A program made the translations under genes and the position numbers. From a virus (Duplodnaviria > Caudoviricetes), in IMG/VR virus record IMGVR_UViG_3300032007_004013, positions 20,020-84,019 of that record: 64,000 bases of DNA; one strand, 5' to 3'. The notes under the pieces were generated by a model. The model saw only the letters and a list, made by a program, of their open reading frames with translations. It was not told the DNA's origin and made no database searches. Positions 9,001 to 19,800 of this stretch are shown in pieces. Within the stretch, counting starts at the first letter, position 1, and each line of letters starts with the position of its first letter.

Positions 9001-12000
9001 AACGTGCAGCGCGTGTAGGTGTTCTCGCGGAACTCTATGCAGCACTGCTGATGGTTTTCGTCGTCCCACTGACTTGTCTGACCGAATACTTCCGTATTCT
9101 TCTTGCTGTTGTTCATGTCTCCTGCAAAGTACAGGATAGTTTCGTCGGGCGCAAGCGTTCTTGCGCCGTTTACGCCGAGAAGCAGAGGTCTGTTGCTTGT
9201 GTTCTTGATGAACACAGCACACGGATGTCCTTCAACAGAATCTCTGCACTTGCTGTTCACGCTTTTCGCCTTTGAGACAAGCGGATTGAAAGCATTAAAC
9301 AGCTCTGCCGAACACACGTTGTTGCAATGCTCTGATGAAGCTACATTCGCCTTCAGATTGAAATACTTCACAGGGATAGAGTTCGCAGACATCGCGTAGC
9401 CGTTAAGGATTGCGTCGGTGCTTGAAACCTTCATCGTGGTCTTCTTCATGTTGATATCGAGGTTTCCTGCACATTGACGGTAGTTCATAGAGCTTGTACC
9501 CTGCAAGGTGTAGAAAGCGTTATCAGCGTACCACTGATCTTCCGCAACGCCGTTGCCGATTTGGTGGATAATCTTACAGCTTGTGTTGCCGCCGCTTCCT
9601 TTATCTCCGGGGAATCCGCCTGTTTCGATCGTGATGATGTGGAGGGCAGGCGCTGCTACCATCAGCTTTTCAATGCTGATCGTGCCGTCGCTGTTGTAGA
9701 TGTCGTTTCTCTCGTATCTTGCAAGCATTTCATCTACGTTTGGAGCGTCAGCGATGAAGTTCTGCATGATTTCTTTATCGAGAAGCGAAACTCTGTACAT
9801 CTTGAAGCGATACACCCAAATATCACAGTCAGAGCTTCCGATTACAAAAGCATCGGGATTGCCCTGTACAAACTGCGTTTTTGTGCTTCCGGTGAGGAAC
9901 GTGGTTCCTTTTGCAGGAGTTCCTTCAAGCCAAAACTTCATCGAAGATTTTGTCGGGTCGATGTTCAGACACATCTCAACCTGTCTGTTTTCGCAGTATT
10001 GGCATGTGATGTTGTTTCCTGCTCCGAACAATGCGTTGTGAGCGTACAGCTCAATTCCCATTCCGCTGTCATAGGAGTGGGCGATCTTTGTATCGTAGTT
10101 CGTGACGTTGGTTGTCTTGAAAATCATCGACAGGTGTTTACCCGTTCCTGTAACGCCTGTTTCGCCGTTGGTGTTATCACTTGCAAGGAACAGTGAACGG
10201 TCAAACGTGACACTTGTTCCTCTCTTGACTACGAAGGCGACTGCTCCGTTTTCGTCGCGCTGGAATCCGCCGTTATCCCAATCAAAGTTCGCGGAATAGG
10301 TGAGTGGATGATTCGTTCCGCTGCTGTCTGAGTAACCGAAGTTTGATCTGTTTTCTTCTGAGTTGCTATGACCGGAGGGGTTCAGGTCCATGATGATTCC
10401 ATCGGTGATCGGAGAAACATCTATGCCGATGGACTGAACGGTTACATCTATCTTCTTTGACACTGAACCTCTTACGGTAGTAATGCGAAGCTCTTTGTCG
10501 CCGAGAGTGGTCGGGCGGTATGTCCATATCTGAACATCTCTTCCGACGCTCAGACTTGACACAACGGTATTGTCTACTTTCTGAGTAACTGCGGAAACAG
10601 CATTTTCAGGGTCGTAGGCAATCCACTTAATCTCAACATTTTCGTACTGACGTGCAGCAAGTTCGTCCTTGAAGATGGCTACAATAGGCGTGTTGTTTCC
10701 ATCCTCAATCCATACGCCTGTGTGCTCAAGAGTCGGGACTTCGATAAGCTCTCCGTCAATCGTCATACTCATGCTGGCTTCGATAACGTGAGCGCCGTGA
10801 GTCTGAGCAGGTACTTGAATCGTAATAGGTCTGTTGTTGAGCGTAACGCCTTGCTGTGAGTAAACAGATGTGCCGTCTACAGTTACGGTAATATCTTTGC
10901 TACCTGCGCCTGACGGTGTAACTCTCAGTGTAAGCGGCTCACTTCCGTGGAAAGCAATGTCTGCTATATTCCAACTCAACGCAACATTCGACAAGGTGAT
11001 CGTCCAAGTGAACGATTTTGTCGTTCCGTAGGCATCCTCTACAGTGAGCTTGACGGTGTTTGTCTCACCTGCAAGGTGAGGTCTGATATCGAAGCTATGC
11101 TGCGCTTGCGTGAGGTTTGTTTCGGTAGCTACGCGGTAATTGTTTACATACCAATACGCAGTACCATTACCTTGCGTAGGCTGGTTTGTATCAGCGTCAA
11201 GGCTCACCCACGACCAAAGCAAATTAAACTGCTCTGTTGTGGTGAGAACAGTCAACCTCGCTGACTGCATACCGTTGGTGATTCTAACCTTTGAATCGGC
11301 AGCAGTACCGCTCCCGCTTCCGGCAGGAATGTCGAACGGTGTAAATCCTTCGATATCCTGATCGTTCAGCGTGAGGTGGAGCTTTCCGTCCTCGACGTAG
11401 CCTGAATCAAAGGCAAGTCCGCCTGTTCCGCTGCCGCTTCCAAGAGGAATCGGGTCGCCTACAGCATGACCGTTGCTGTACAGAATCAGGTCGTTGTATT
11501 CTTCGTCGATATCAAAGCCGTCGATCAATGTTCTGTTCGACAAGCTGTTAAGGGCTGTAGATATCGCTGATACTGTATTACTGAGAGCCGTTACGCTTGC
11601 TGTATCTGCTTTTGTCGTCAACTGAGTGTAAATATATGCGATGGCTTTAATCGCCAAATCAGCAGTGTTTCCGGCAGTTCCGTAATGGGCTGTTACGCCT
11701 TGCGGAATGGCTCCGCTATCAATCCTGAAGCTGCCTTCTTCTCTCGCAAAATATACATCAGTGAGATTGGGGCATCCGGCGAATGAGCCGCCGTCAACGC
11801 TCGTTACGTCCTTGTGAACATATATCGTTTTTGCTGTTCCTGAGAAATTGCCTGCCGACAAGGAATTGCCGTTGACAATCTTTACAGGTACGTTGTTTGC
11901 ATCGAATCCGACACTCAAACAGTACCCATAGAGTGAAGCTGCATCGCTTGGAGAAATGACTTGCGTTTTGTTAGCTTTTTGGGCTATGGAAGTTTCAAGC

Positions 12001-12758
12001 GTGTCAACGATATCGTCAACGTCTTCGGCTGTGTAGTACGCTCTTAAAACAGCATAAACAAAAACCCTAACTGCGTTCGAGTTAGGGAAAAGGACATTAT
12101 CCGCCGTTGTTGTTTGCTTGCTTACTGCGATCTCGCCGGATTTGTGCTCGACTTTCTCATAGGAAGCTGATTCAGCTCGAATATCTGCAACCGCCGCGTT
12201 CGCTGTGTTCGCTGCCGTGTTTGCTGCGTCTTTTGCGTCTTCTGCATCCTGCACAACAGACGCAAGATCTTCTACAAGGTCGTTGATTTCATCCTCAGCT
12301 TCCGCAATAGCTTGTCTGCTGCTGTCTATCTCAAGAAACGCTCTTGTCAAGGTCGAAAGCTCGTTACTTGACTGTACAGATGTACTCAACGCTCTCTCTT
12401 CAATCCTGAGTTTGCAGTTTGCAGATGACAGCAATGTTCCGTCAGCTTCGCTCGATATGACGAAATCAAGCGTACCTAAGCCCGGCGCTGCAAGAGCCTG
12501 TTCTGACAGCTTCGCTACAGCATATGATCTATCCTGAGCGATCTCGCAGGCATCATCATCCATAACGCTGTAACCATCTGGCTTTAACACCCTGATCGTC
12601 ACCTTATGTCCTTCCGGGATAGTAACAGGCGCTTTGTTGTCCGTAAAGCGAACCTTGACATATCTGCTCACATCACACTGCTTCGCGTACACGATCGCGG
12701 TGTTGCTTTTCGCATTAAGGTCAAGCGTCACTTCGGAGATGTATTTCATCTCTGCCAT
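6093..12758 (-). CDS. Giant tail fibre/receptor-binding protein and DGR target (BppU-like N-terminus; Ig-like, CotH-like, LRR, Listeria-Bacteroides repeats; C-terminal WWLRS CLec-like domain)
   Basis: 2221 aa; N-terminal VYAKQCDVSRYVKVRF..KPDG; YTVTFVNDDGT..YTFTGW repeats; VR at C-terminus. Confidence 0.9.
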   Translation of the reverse strand: MAEMKYISEVTLDLNAKSNTAIVYAKQCDVSRYVKVRFTDNKAPVTIPEGHKVTIRVLKPDGYSVMDDDACEIAQDRSYAVAKLSEQALAAPGLGTLDFVISSEADGTLLSSANCKLRIEERALSTSVQSSNELSTLTRAFLEIDSSRQAIAEAEDEINDLVEDLASVVQDAEDAKDAANTAANTANAAVADIRAESASYEKVEHKSGEIAVSKQTTTADNVLFPNSNAVRVFVYAVLRAYYTAEDVDDIVDTLETSIAQKANKTQVISPSDAASLYGYCLSVGFDANNVPVKIVNGNSLSAGNFSGTAKTIYVHKDVTSVDGGSFAGCPNLTDVYFAREEGSFRIDSGAIPQGVTAHYGTAGNTADLAIKAIAYIYTQLTTKADTASVTALSNTVSAISTALNSLSNRTLIDGFDIDEEYNDLILYSNGHAVGDPIPLGSGSGTGGLAFDSGYVEDGKLHLTLNDQDIEGFTPFDIPAGSGSGTAADSKVRITNGMQSARLTVLTTTEQFNLLWSWVSLDADTNQPTQGNGTAYWYVNNYRVATETNLTQAQHSFDIRPHLAGETNTVKLTVEDAYGTTKSFTWTITLSNVALSWNIADIAFHGSEPLTLRVTPSGAGSKDITVTVDGTSVYSQQGVTLNNRPITIQVPAQTHGAHVIEASMSMTIDGELIEVPTLEHTGVWIEDGNNTPIVAIFKDELAARQYENVEIKWIAYDPENAVSAVTQKVDNTVVSSLSVGRDVQIWTYRPTTLGDKELRITTVRGSVSKKIDVTVQSIGIDVSPITDGIIMDLNPSGHSNSEENRSNFGYSDSSGTNHPLTYSANFDWDNGGFQRDENGAVAFVVKRGTSVTFDRSLFLASDNTNGETGVTGTGKHLSMIFKTTNVTNYDTKIAHSYDSGMGIELYAHNALFGAGNNITCQYCENRQVEMCLNIDPTKSSMKFWLEGTPAKGTTFLTGSTKTQFVQGNPDAFVIGSSDCDIWVYRFKMYRVSLLDKEIMQNFIADAPNVDEMLARYERNDIYNSDGTISIEKLMVAAPALHIITIETGGFPGDKGSGGNTSCKIIHQIGNGVAEDQWYADNAFYTLQGTSSMNYRQCAGNLDINMKKTTMKVSSTDAILNGYAMSANSIPVKYFNLKANVASSEHCNNVCSAELFNAFNPLVSKAKSVNSKCRDSVEGHPCAVFIKNTSNRPLLLGVNGARTLAPDETILYFAGDMNNSKKNTEVFGQTSQWDDENHQQCCIEFRENTYTRCTFKTSDFENEGWKEDGTDLPSHFEFRYPDGEGTQAMKDRFIEMHHWVNSTDPEQATNETLDVSDRFDIHVRDTAAYRRAKFKREVGDYFNLDNLLYYYLFTEFFLGVDQRAKNMFLSYEPDENDVWRWNLSKYYDGDTILGIDNKGQFRWGEAYSIEDTDGYTDEEDGNTHPYFNAAESVLFCNVRDCFQNELAVAYSVYENRKLFDAETLIEFFDEYQRQRPEALVIEDYAGKYDAPIENAGNTSWMENMEHGEKRPQREQFITYRELFISSKYVSAKAKSDLITYQAMPGANFSSALELTPYSDMYVGFLRDNTPAGSRRMTKGETAIVQCLDGNGDPFVLSAGEVNVQLFNGRNLMHVGGAANLYPGQVNITNGEKLRDLLLGGETYSSSNLKSLALNPADKPNVPLLRVIDLRGQSGISGALNLTRCNLLEEVMIAGTGTTDVYLPQSKILRKAILGTNVRTLHARNLPNLTSANFSCAGNSLTTILVEDSPGVPSDTLVANAPNLIRGRITNVNWSFADADVLTRLATLKGIDAEGNPIEEAGSFFLSGYAHINKITEDEIRTLIAAFPYLTFDYDQIVETYTVTFVNDDGTTLYTETVRAGNNAVNPVASGAIQTPTKTPTVDYQYTFTGWNGSLENINANTTLTATYNRSTRIFVVRYYDGSTLLETHNVETHGSCDYEGNDLSGPAGTIWMGFDNAAVNVVSDMDIHAQYITPTLPSSVPVSYDYLFSDNPNDNSAYTLAEFYGIIKANRCKDFFSKGDKVKILVSTNKFADTEIILRVEHFSHYKLADNSGNFAPVSFGMLGIMNATRQMNSGNTNVGGWRDCAMRNWLNNTAFPELPRHWKTMIAKVIVLSSQGNTSANIISSEDWLYLRSMAEVGFRTAENPYMYEVDSEAEDLKCSLFTDNNSRIKKYYNGTGSADNWWLRSPWSSNTTNFAIVTSNGYEYSNVASDSYGVSFGFSLA
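6107..6234 (-). repeat. DGR variable repeat (VR) at 3' end of tail-fibre gene
   Basis: GSADNWWLRSPWSSNTTNFAIVTSNGYEYSNVASDSYGVSFG versus TR GSANNWWLRSPWSSNTTNFANVNNNGNENNNNASNSNGVSFG. Confidence 0.97.
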
Positions 12759-12950
12759 TTACTTCTCCTCCTGTGATTTTTTTTCTGTTATCAGGTCGAT
12801 AACTTCTTGCTTTCTGATTTCAGCAAGCAGGTCGGTTACGACACATTCAAACAAGAACGGAGGGAGCTTCGTCTCCTTAACTATCTGGTTAAACGCTTCG
12901 TAAACCTTGAGCTTCGCTTCCTCGATCGCAACCATAAGGGATTTTTCCAT
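12759..12950 (-). CDS. Small hypothetical tail protein
   Basis: 63-aa ORF tightly packed between tail genes. Confidence 0.65.
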   Translation of the reverse strand: MEKSLMVAIEEAKLKVYEAFNQIVKETKLPPFLFECVVTDLLAEIRKQEVIDLITEKKSQEEK

Positions 12951-15900
12951 TATTCTTCTTCCTCCTCTGAATTATCGTTGTCGTTTTCCGAATCTTCGGC
13001 AGGCAGACTTATGGGCTGAGAAACAACCTCGCTATCTCCGCTTGCTCCGACAGGATCGCCTGCATAGTGGTGCGCCCATTGCGCTTCTTTGGTTAAATCA
13101 AGAGCTGCTTTCGTGTACGTCGTACCTGTGTAAGTTCCGGCTTGGAGCTGTTCAACTTGCGATGAAAGCTCCTGAATTGCCTTGATCGCGTAGTAAATCA
13201 GGTTCGACGTTTTGATGCTTTTGATTCCTGCTACATTATCTGCTTCTACAAGCTCAGGGGCTTCAACTTCAAGCTGTTGGGCGATAATTCCTATAGGAAC
13301 ATACTCTTCCGAACCGCACCATTCAAACTCCTTCATATCAATAGAATTTAGCACCTCAAGACCGTTGATCTGTGTAGGCGCGATGTTCTGCTTGATGCGA
13401 ATGTCTGATTGGCTGTTTATACTTTTACCGTTCATGTTGATGTTGGAGTGGAAATTGACAGACGTGTTAGCCCAAACGGTAAAGCTACTTCCGTTAAAGG
13501 TTACTTTATTTGTGTAATCGTAACCTCCGTTATTGTTAAGCGCCCTTGTCCCAAAGGAAAACGAGCCTGCATATCCTACTCCTCCGCTGTTGTATTTTGC
13601 GATATTGTAGTAATTGTCAAGATAGAGATTACCGTTTGCGTAAGTGTCACACTCGAAGTATAGTCCTTTGTACCTGCCACTTCTTGATTTGTGATAATAC
13701 GCTAACTTAACGCCGTAATTGGAATCACTGCTTGAATCCTTCGCAGCCCAGCACATATAACTCGAATTAGCTTCAAGGTCAAATACAAGACCTTTGTAGC
13801 TTTCTTCGCCGCTCCAATTATTTGTTCCTATCTTTCCGACTTCTTTTGTGTCGTCCTTGTGGAAGAAATGAGAGCCGTTATAATCAAAGGTTGATTTCAA
13901 CTTTTTACTTGAGCCTGTGCCGTCGTAAATCTTGAGTTTTCCGCCTTCAAACGCGACGTATTGGCTGATATTGTTCCATGCAATTTGCAAAGAATTATAG
14001 TCCTGCCATACTTTAGTGCCGATTTGGTCGTTGTAAACCACCTCAGAACTTATCTCCCCGACTTTCTGAGTTATTCTACTGAAGGTTTCTTTTACATTGC
14101 TTCGCGCGATCAGCGATATCTTCGTGATATAGAAGTCAATTCCTTCGTTATCGTCAAACCTCAAGCCAACACCAACAGGATTTGACGGTAAGTTCATCTT
14201 GATGATTACCGTTTTGCTTTCACCTGCAACGAGCTCTATCTTGTTTTCTGCGTTCAATCCTACGGATTCTACGATATTAGCGCTCGGTATAGCTCTGCAA
14301 GAGTTTCTGCTACTAACAATTCTACAATCAGCAGGAGATATAACGCAGTCGTTGGTTGCATACAAGGTTACTGAGAAATAATACGGCTGGCTGAATTTCA
14401 GCTTTATCTCGTCAGATATTTCGATTTTCATAATAGCGTAGTAACTACCGCTGCCTGTCATCGAAACCTTGACGTTTCCGTTATCATCAATCGTGTTATC
14501 TCCGCTACCGCCACTGAAAATCCAATTCGTGTAAACATCGAAGTTCTCTGTTTCGAGTGTCATGCTTTCGGATTCAATGGTATTGAAACCTTGAATCATC
14601 GAGGTGAGATTTCCGTTCTGAATAGTAAGTTCTTGCTGAACGTCGTCATACAGATCAGAGAACTGCTGTGCAAGGGCTGTTCTGTACTGCAACGAAAGAG
14701 CGGTAGCTTCGATCGTTCCTGCTTTTATTCGTTCGCCATCTAATTCTCCTACCGTGATGAAGTCTGCAACAATTTCACCTGCTGCTGTTATAGCGAGCGT
14801 GTAAGGTCCTGCATATCCGCTTGAACTGTGTGCGAGACCTACTTTATTCCATCTCCATACGTTTTCAGCCGTCGAAATATCAGGCTGGTCCATTACGAGG
14901 ATTTCGTCAGGATAACCGTCGTTGTTGCTGTCATACAGCACGACATAACCTCCGACATTTCCGGTGATCGCGGCTGTCGCTCTCAGGATGGCTGCTTCGA
15001 GAGCAGTGATACTTTTGCTGAGGTTGTTCTCTGTGTCCTGCGCGAGCTTTGCCATCGAGGTTGTGATGTTGGTAGGCACTTTAGAAAGCGTTATCTTGTC
15101 TTTGTTGTGGTTTTCGGGGTATTCAACATATTCGACTACTCTGTGGTCTACGTTGATACCTCTGAGGTTGTCGATTAGAGTAAGGACTAAGTGCATCCTC
15201 ATATCGAGAAAAGCGTAATCTGGATTCTGCTTTGCGAGATTGATTACATCGCACTCATACGTTCTGTTCGGATATCCTGAATCAAACACTTTTGCCAAAG
15301 CGTCTGCAAGAAGGTTCTCCTTAACGGTGTATCGCTCGTCGCTCCAAACCGTTGCCATCCTTTTCTCGGTGTACTCAAAACACTCTACATAGTTGAGCAG
15401 GTACTTGTGATTACTGTCGTAATGAACTCCTTCGACAAGTCCGTATTTATCTATCAGGTCATTCGCAACCGACGCTCCAACGATGGTTGTTCCGTCTTTA
15501 CCTTTCGGATAAATAACAGTAATCAGATCTGTTGTATCTCCGTGAAACTTTACCTTCTTGAGGTTCAGCTCGTTTGTGAGATACTTTCCTGATGGCTCCT
15601 CGTTTTCCTTTTTGTGGACTATAACCGTCTTTCTGAGTGTCTTCCACTGAAAGTAACAGCTGTACGTTGACATAAACTGATTCAACAGATCGTAGTCTGT
15701 ACAGTCCTCCATATCTACCGTTCTTCTGTAGGTGATTGAGCCGCCAAAAAACTGAATAGTCCATTCGTTTCCGAGAATGGCTCTCAGCTGCTGTGTGAGC
15801 GTCTTTGAGCCTGTAGAATAACTGCCAAAGTGCATTGTGGATTTCAAGAAATCCAGATTAAGCTTTGCATCAAACTTATCGTCCTGTATCTTCTTGATAA

Positions 15901-16090
15901 CGTAATCGTTATCCTCGTACTCTACAACTGTTTCTTCTGAAAGATTGCGGTATTCCGGGAACTCTGTATCGACGTAGAAGGTCAGCTCGTCTTCGCCGTT
16001 CTGCTTGTGCTTGATATACCAATCCGAGCTACTCAAGGAGCCTGTGAGTGGGACGTTTCCGTTTTCGGAAACATAACTTAATATCGCCAT
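12950..16090 (-). CDS. Tail spike/Tal-like protein (prophage endopeptidase domain) with C-terminal S74 intramolecular chaperone
   Basis: Follows Dit; NGEDELTF..WSDERYT..; GEIVADFITVGELDG; C-terminal SDIRIKQNI..IGIIAQQL. Confidence 0.85.
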   Translation of the reverse strand: MAILSYVSENGNVPLTGSLSSSDWYIKHKQNGEDELTFYVDTEFPEYRNLSEETVVEYEDNDYVIKKIQDDKFDAKLNLDFLKSTMHFGSYSTGSKTLTQQLRAILGNEWTIQFFGGSITYRRTVDMEDCTDYDLLNQFMSTYSCYFQWKTLRKTVIVHKKENEEPSGKYLTNELNLKKVKFHGDTTDLITVIYPKGKDGTTIVGASVANDLIDKYGLVEGVHYDSNHKYLLNYVECFEYTEKRMATVWSDERYTVKENLLADALAKVFDSGYPNRTYECDVINLAKQNPDYAFLDMRMHLVLTLIDNLRGINVDHRVVEYVEYPENHNKDKITLSKVPTNITTSMAKLAQDTENNLSKSITALEAAILRATAAITGNVGGYVVLYDSNNDGYPDEILVMDQPDISTAENVWRWNKVGLAHSSSGYAGPYTLAITAAGEIVADFITVGELDGERIKAGTIEATALSLQYRTALAQQFSDLYDDVQQELTIQNGNLTSMIQGFNTIESESMTLETENFDVYTNWIFSGGSGDNTIDDNGNVKVSMTGSGSYYAIMKIEISDEIKLKFSQPYYFSVTLYATNDCVISPADCRIVSSRNSCRAIPSANIVESVGLNAENKIELVAGESKTVIIKMNLPSNPVGVGLRFDDNEGIDFYITKISLIARSNVKETFSRITQKVGEISSEVVYNDQIGTKVWQDYNSLQIAWNNISQYVAFEGGKLKIYDGTGSSKKLKSTFDYNGSHFFHKDDTKEVGKIGTNNWSGEESYKGLVFDLEANSSYMCWAAKDSSSDSNYGVKLAYYHKSRSGRYKGLYFECDTYANGNLYLDNYYNIAKYNSGGVGYAGSFSFGTRALNNNGGYDYTNKVTFNGSSFTVWANTSVNFHSNINMNGKSINSQSDIRIKQNIAPTQINGLEVLNSIDMKEFEWCGSEEYVPIGIIAQQLEVEAPELVEADNVAGIKSIKTSNLIYYAIKAIQELSSQVEQLQAGTYTGTTYTKAALDLTKEAQWAHHYAGDPVGASGDSEVVSQPISLPAEDSENDNDNSEEEEE

Positions 16091-16100
16091 GCACTACCTC

Positions 16101-16835
16101 CTATGCAAATGTCGGATAATACTCAACGGCAAGTGTCATACTGCCTTGATTCTCGTCGAGCACAAACGTGAATGTGTTCGTTCCTGCTTTCAGCGCAGGG
16201 AACTTGCCGAATGTAGCCTTGTCCTTAAATACGTTCAATCCGTTTCTTGTGACGGTCTTTTTTATGCCGTCAATGACAATCGGCACATTGGAGCACTCAA
16301 GCGTGTACGATTCAGTAACCTGATTTCCGTACCTGTCTATGTAGATGTGGTTGAGGATGTTCGTGCCGTTTCCTGTTACAGTAAATACAGCATCAGCAAA
16401 ATCGTTACCTTCAACTTCTATTTCATCGCCGGAAGAAATAGATTCAATCTCAACTTTGTCCTTGTGCCTGAATCCTACGAACTTGTATTTAGACGTGTAG
16501 ATGAAGTCTGCTTCACGCTTAATATTACCAACACCTGCGAGAGTAGAGGTATAGGTGAAACCGTCGGGGAGTTCAAGCTCAATCTTGTTATTCAACAAAT
16601 ACTGTGTGAAGTCGGATTGCTTCTCAGCTACTTCGTATTCGTCTTTCCCAAAAAACTCAACTTCAATCGCTATGGTTCTGCAACTCTTTTTCTCGTTGAG
16701 TTTTACAGGGCGAACGCTGTTTTCTAAGCTGAGATAGAGATTGGAAAGCTTGTGAGAACTAACAGATAGATCTATCGGCTCCGCTCCAAATACGGCGAGG
16801 TCGATGCCGTTCAGCTTGATGGATTCAGTTTTCAT
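16101..16835 (-). CDS. Distal tail protein (Dit)
   Basis: Position after TMP; FPALKAGTNTF C-terminal motif. Confidence 0.8.
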   Translation of the reverse strand: MKTESIKLNGIDLAVFGAEPIDLSVSSHKLSNLYLSLENSVRPVKLNEKKSCRTIAIEVEFFGKDEYEVAEKQSDFTQYLLNNKIELELPDGFTYTSTLAGVGNIKREADFIYTSKYKFVGFRHKDKVEIESISSGDEIEVEGNDFADAVFTVTGNGTNILNHIYIDRYGNQVTESYTLECSNVPIVIDGIKKTVTRNGLNVFKDKATFGKFPALKAGTNTFTFVLDENQGSMTLAVEYYPTFA

Positions 16836-19800
16836 CACTTCGCCTCCCAATCAATCTCTTGTGCAACAACAGGAGCGAGAACTCTTCCTACTTTAACATC
16901 GTCAAAGTAGACATCTCCCTTTATGACTCTCGGTGCATCATCGTCATAATCACCGTCGTCACCGGGGTATGAGTCATCGCTTCCTCCTGACGGTTCCGGA
17001 TTTCCGCTTATCGCATTTGTGTACTTACGTTCTTCTACTACAACATTGTCGAAATCAGATAAGATATCATCGAAATCAATATCAGCTGTCTTAAATTCAA
17101 CTCCTGCTATGCCTTCAGCTACATCTTCCATGGCATTGAGAGCAGCATAACCTTCCTCAGCGATACCTTCTGCAAGACCTAAAACAAGGTTTTTACCGAT
17201 CATATCCCTGAATAAGGTAGAGGGAGAGTGAATACCAAAGAAGCCGCAGATGTTATCCCAAAGACCGCCAAAGAATCCGCTAACTTGGTCCCAAAGCCAG
17301 CCGCCGAGGTTTTGGATGCCTTCCCACAATCCTTCAAGCATCCTTCCACCAAGCTCAACCATTCTTCCTACGATCTGACCGAAGGATTCCATGATCGAGT
17401 CGATTATTCTCGGTATGGCTTCTATAATCGCGGCGATTATCTCAGGTGTGTGCTTAACGAGTTCTACGTTAAGCATTATCAAGCCTTCAATAAGCTGTGG
17501 TAACGCTTCAATAAGCCCTGTTATAACTGCATCTATAATATCCGGCAGAGCTTCGATAAGTCCTGTAATGATTTCAGGCAGATGTTCTACGATTCCGAGA
17601 ACAAGCTGAATCAAGCCGAGGATAAGCTGCGGTAAAGCTTCTATAAGCCCTGTTATCACAGCTTCAATGATTTGTGGCAAAGCTTCAATCAGCGCTACGA
17701 TAATCTTCGGTATTGCTTCTACAATGCCAAGAACAAGCTGAATAAGCCCTTCTATAAGCACGGGGAGCAAAGATATGATTCCCGTTATTATAGACGAGAT
17801 GATGGTCGGCAGGGCTTCTATGATAGACGTGATGATTTGCGGCAACGCCTCTACAATGCCGTTGATAAGCTGAATTACACCTTCAATTAGTACAGGTATA
17901 GCGGCTACTATCGCGTCAACGATGCTTTTTATGATGTCGGGCAGAGCTTCTACTATAGCTGTAATGATTTCAGGTAACGCTTCTACGAGACCTTCTATCA
18001 GTTGAATTACTCCATCTATCAGAACAGGGAGCAATTCAATAATAGCTTCTACGATCGCGCCTATTATCTCAGGCAGTAACTCTATTAAGGCTTCTAACAG
18101 AGCAGGAAGTTCCTCGACAATAGCTTCGATTATTTGAGCAATCGCGTCTATGATTTGCGGCAAGCAGTCTACGATCGCAGTGACGATGCCTTTTACCAAA
18201 TCAGGTATAGCGCCGACTATGGCTTTGATTATGTCAGGCAGCGCGTCGAGTATGCCGGAAATCAAGCTAACTACCGCTTGAACTATTTTCGGCAAATTGT
18301 CGGTTATAGCCTGAACGATCTTTTTGATGATTTCAGGCAGTATATCTACGATCGCATTGACAATATCAGGAAGAACTTCTACGATCGCGTTGATAATGGT
18401 GGTGATACACTCTATGATGGTTGGTATCATTCCCAATACGCCATCAAGAATCTTGTAAACAAGTTCAGGTAACTTATCTACAATAGATTTCACCAAATCA
18501 GGTAGAGCGTTTGCAATGGTTATTACGATGACCTCAACAGCCGTTATAAGCTGATCTGCCATCGAGGTAATACCATCAACAACAGCACTTATTATTCCCG
18601 GAAGAGCTTCTATCAAAGTCGGCAAGGCATCAACAAGCCCTTTTACCAAGCTTTCGATAAGCATGATTCCGTGATTAACAGCAAGTGGTAAATACTCTGT
18701 TACTGCGTTTGCGAGGTTAATCAATCCATTGAACAGGGTGGTGAAAATCTGCTGTGAGTTTTTCGCCAATCCATCGCATAAAGCGATTATCAGTTTACCG
18801 CCAAGTTCTACGAGGTTAGCGGTTATCGACAATATGCCGTCAATGAAGATGGGAATGAGGTTAGATACTGACTCTGCAATGCTTCCTGCTGATTCAGCAA
18901 GTCCTTGAACAAGCGAAGATACAACCTTTACGCCCATTTCGACGAATTTCGGGACGTACTGCACTATCTTGTTGATAGCTTTTGCGAGAGCACCTCCGAG
19001 AGCGTCAGCAAGACCTTCAAATCCTCCGCTCTTTACCGCTTCTCTTAATTCGTCAACGATACTTGTAGCTTCCTGAACGAAGTCGCGCAACATGCCTACG
19101 CCGTCTCCGGCAGCGTTAGCTCCGTTGAGTACGTCATACAGTGCTATTCCGAAACCTTCTGTTGCGGATTTCAGAATCGTGATGTCACCCTGAAGGTTGT
19201 CCATCATGGTAGCTGCCATATCCTCGGCAGCACCATCGCAGTTTTCGATGGCTCCTCGCAGCTTGTTTATATCTTCAGTGGAAGCGTTCATCAATGCGTT
19301 CCAGCCTGCGAGACCTTGCTGACCTGCAATCGTCTTTGCGTAGTTAGCCTGCTCTTCGTCGCTGAGTTTAGACCATGCGACTCTCGCTTCAGAAAGAACG
19401 TCGTTAAGGTTTCTAACGCTTCCGTCTGCATTGTAGAATTGAACGCCAAGCTTTTCTGTTAGAACGCCGAGAGCGCCAAGCTTCGATGATGATGCTCCTG
19501 CGTCTGTTGCGAGCCTTGACAAAATCTGACGTAACGTAGTACCAGCCATAGATGACTTGATACCAGCGTTTGCCATCAATCCTATAGCTTCTGCTGTTTC
19601 TTCGATTCCAATGCCCATACTTCCTGCTACAGGCGCAACGTATTTGAAGGTTTCGCCCATCATCGATACGTTGGTGTTCGCGTTACTTGAAGCTATGGCG
19701 AGGACATCGGCAAAATGCGAACAATCTTCGGCTTTTAAGCCAAACGCGGTAATAGCATCAGTTACGATATCAGAGGTCGTAGCCAAGTCTTCGCCGGAAG

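Noticed and set aside
16835-19000. Strong 33/66-nt periodicity in TMP
   Set aside because: Ordinary 11-residue tape-measure repeats
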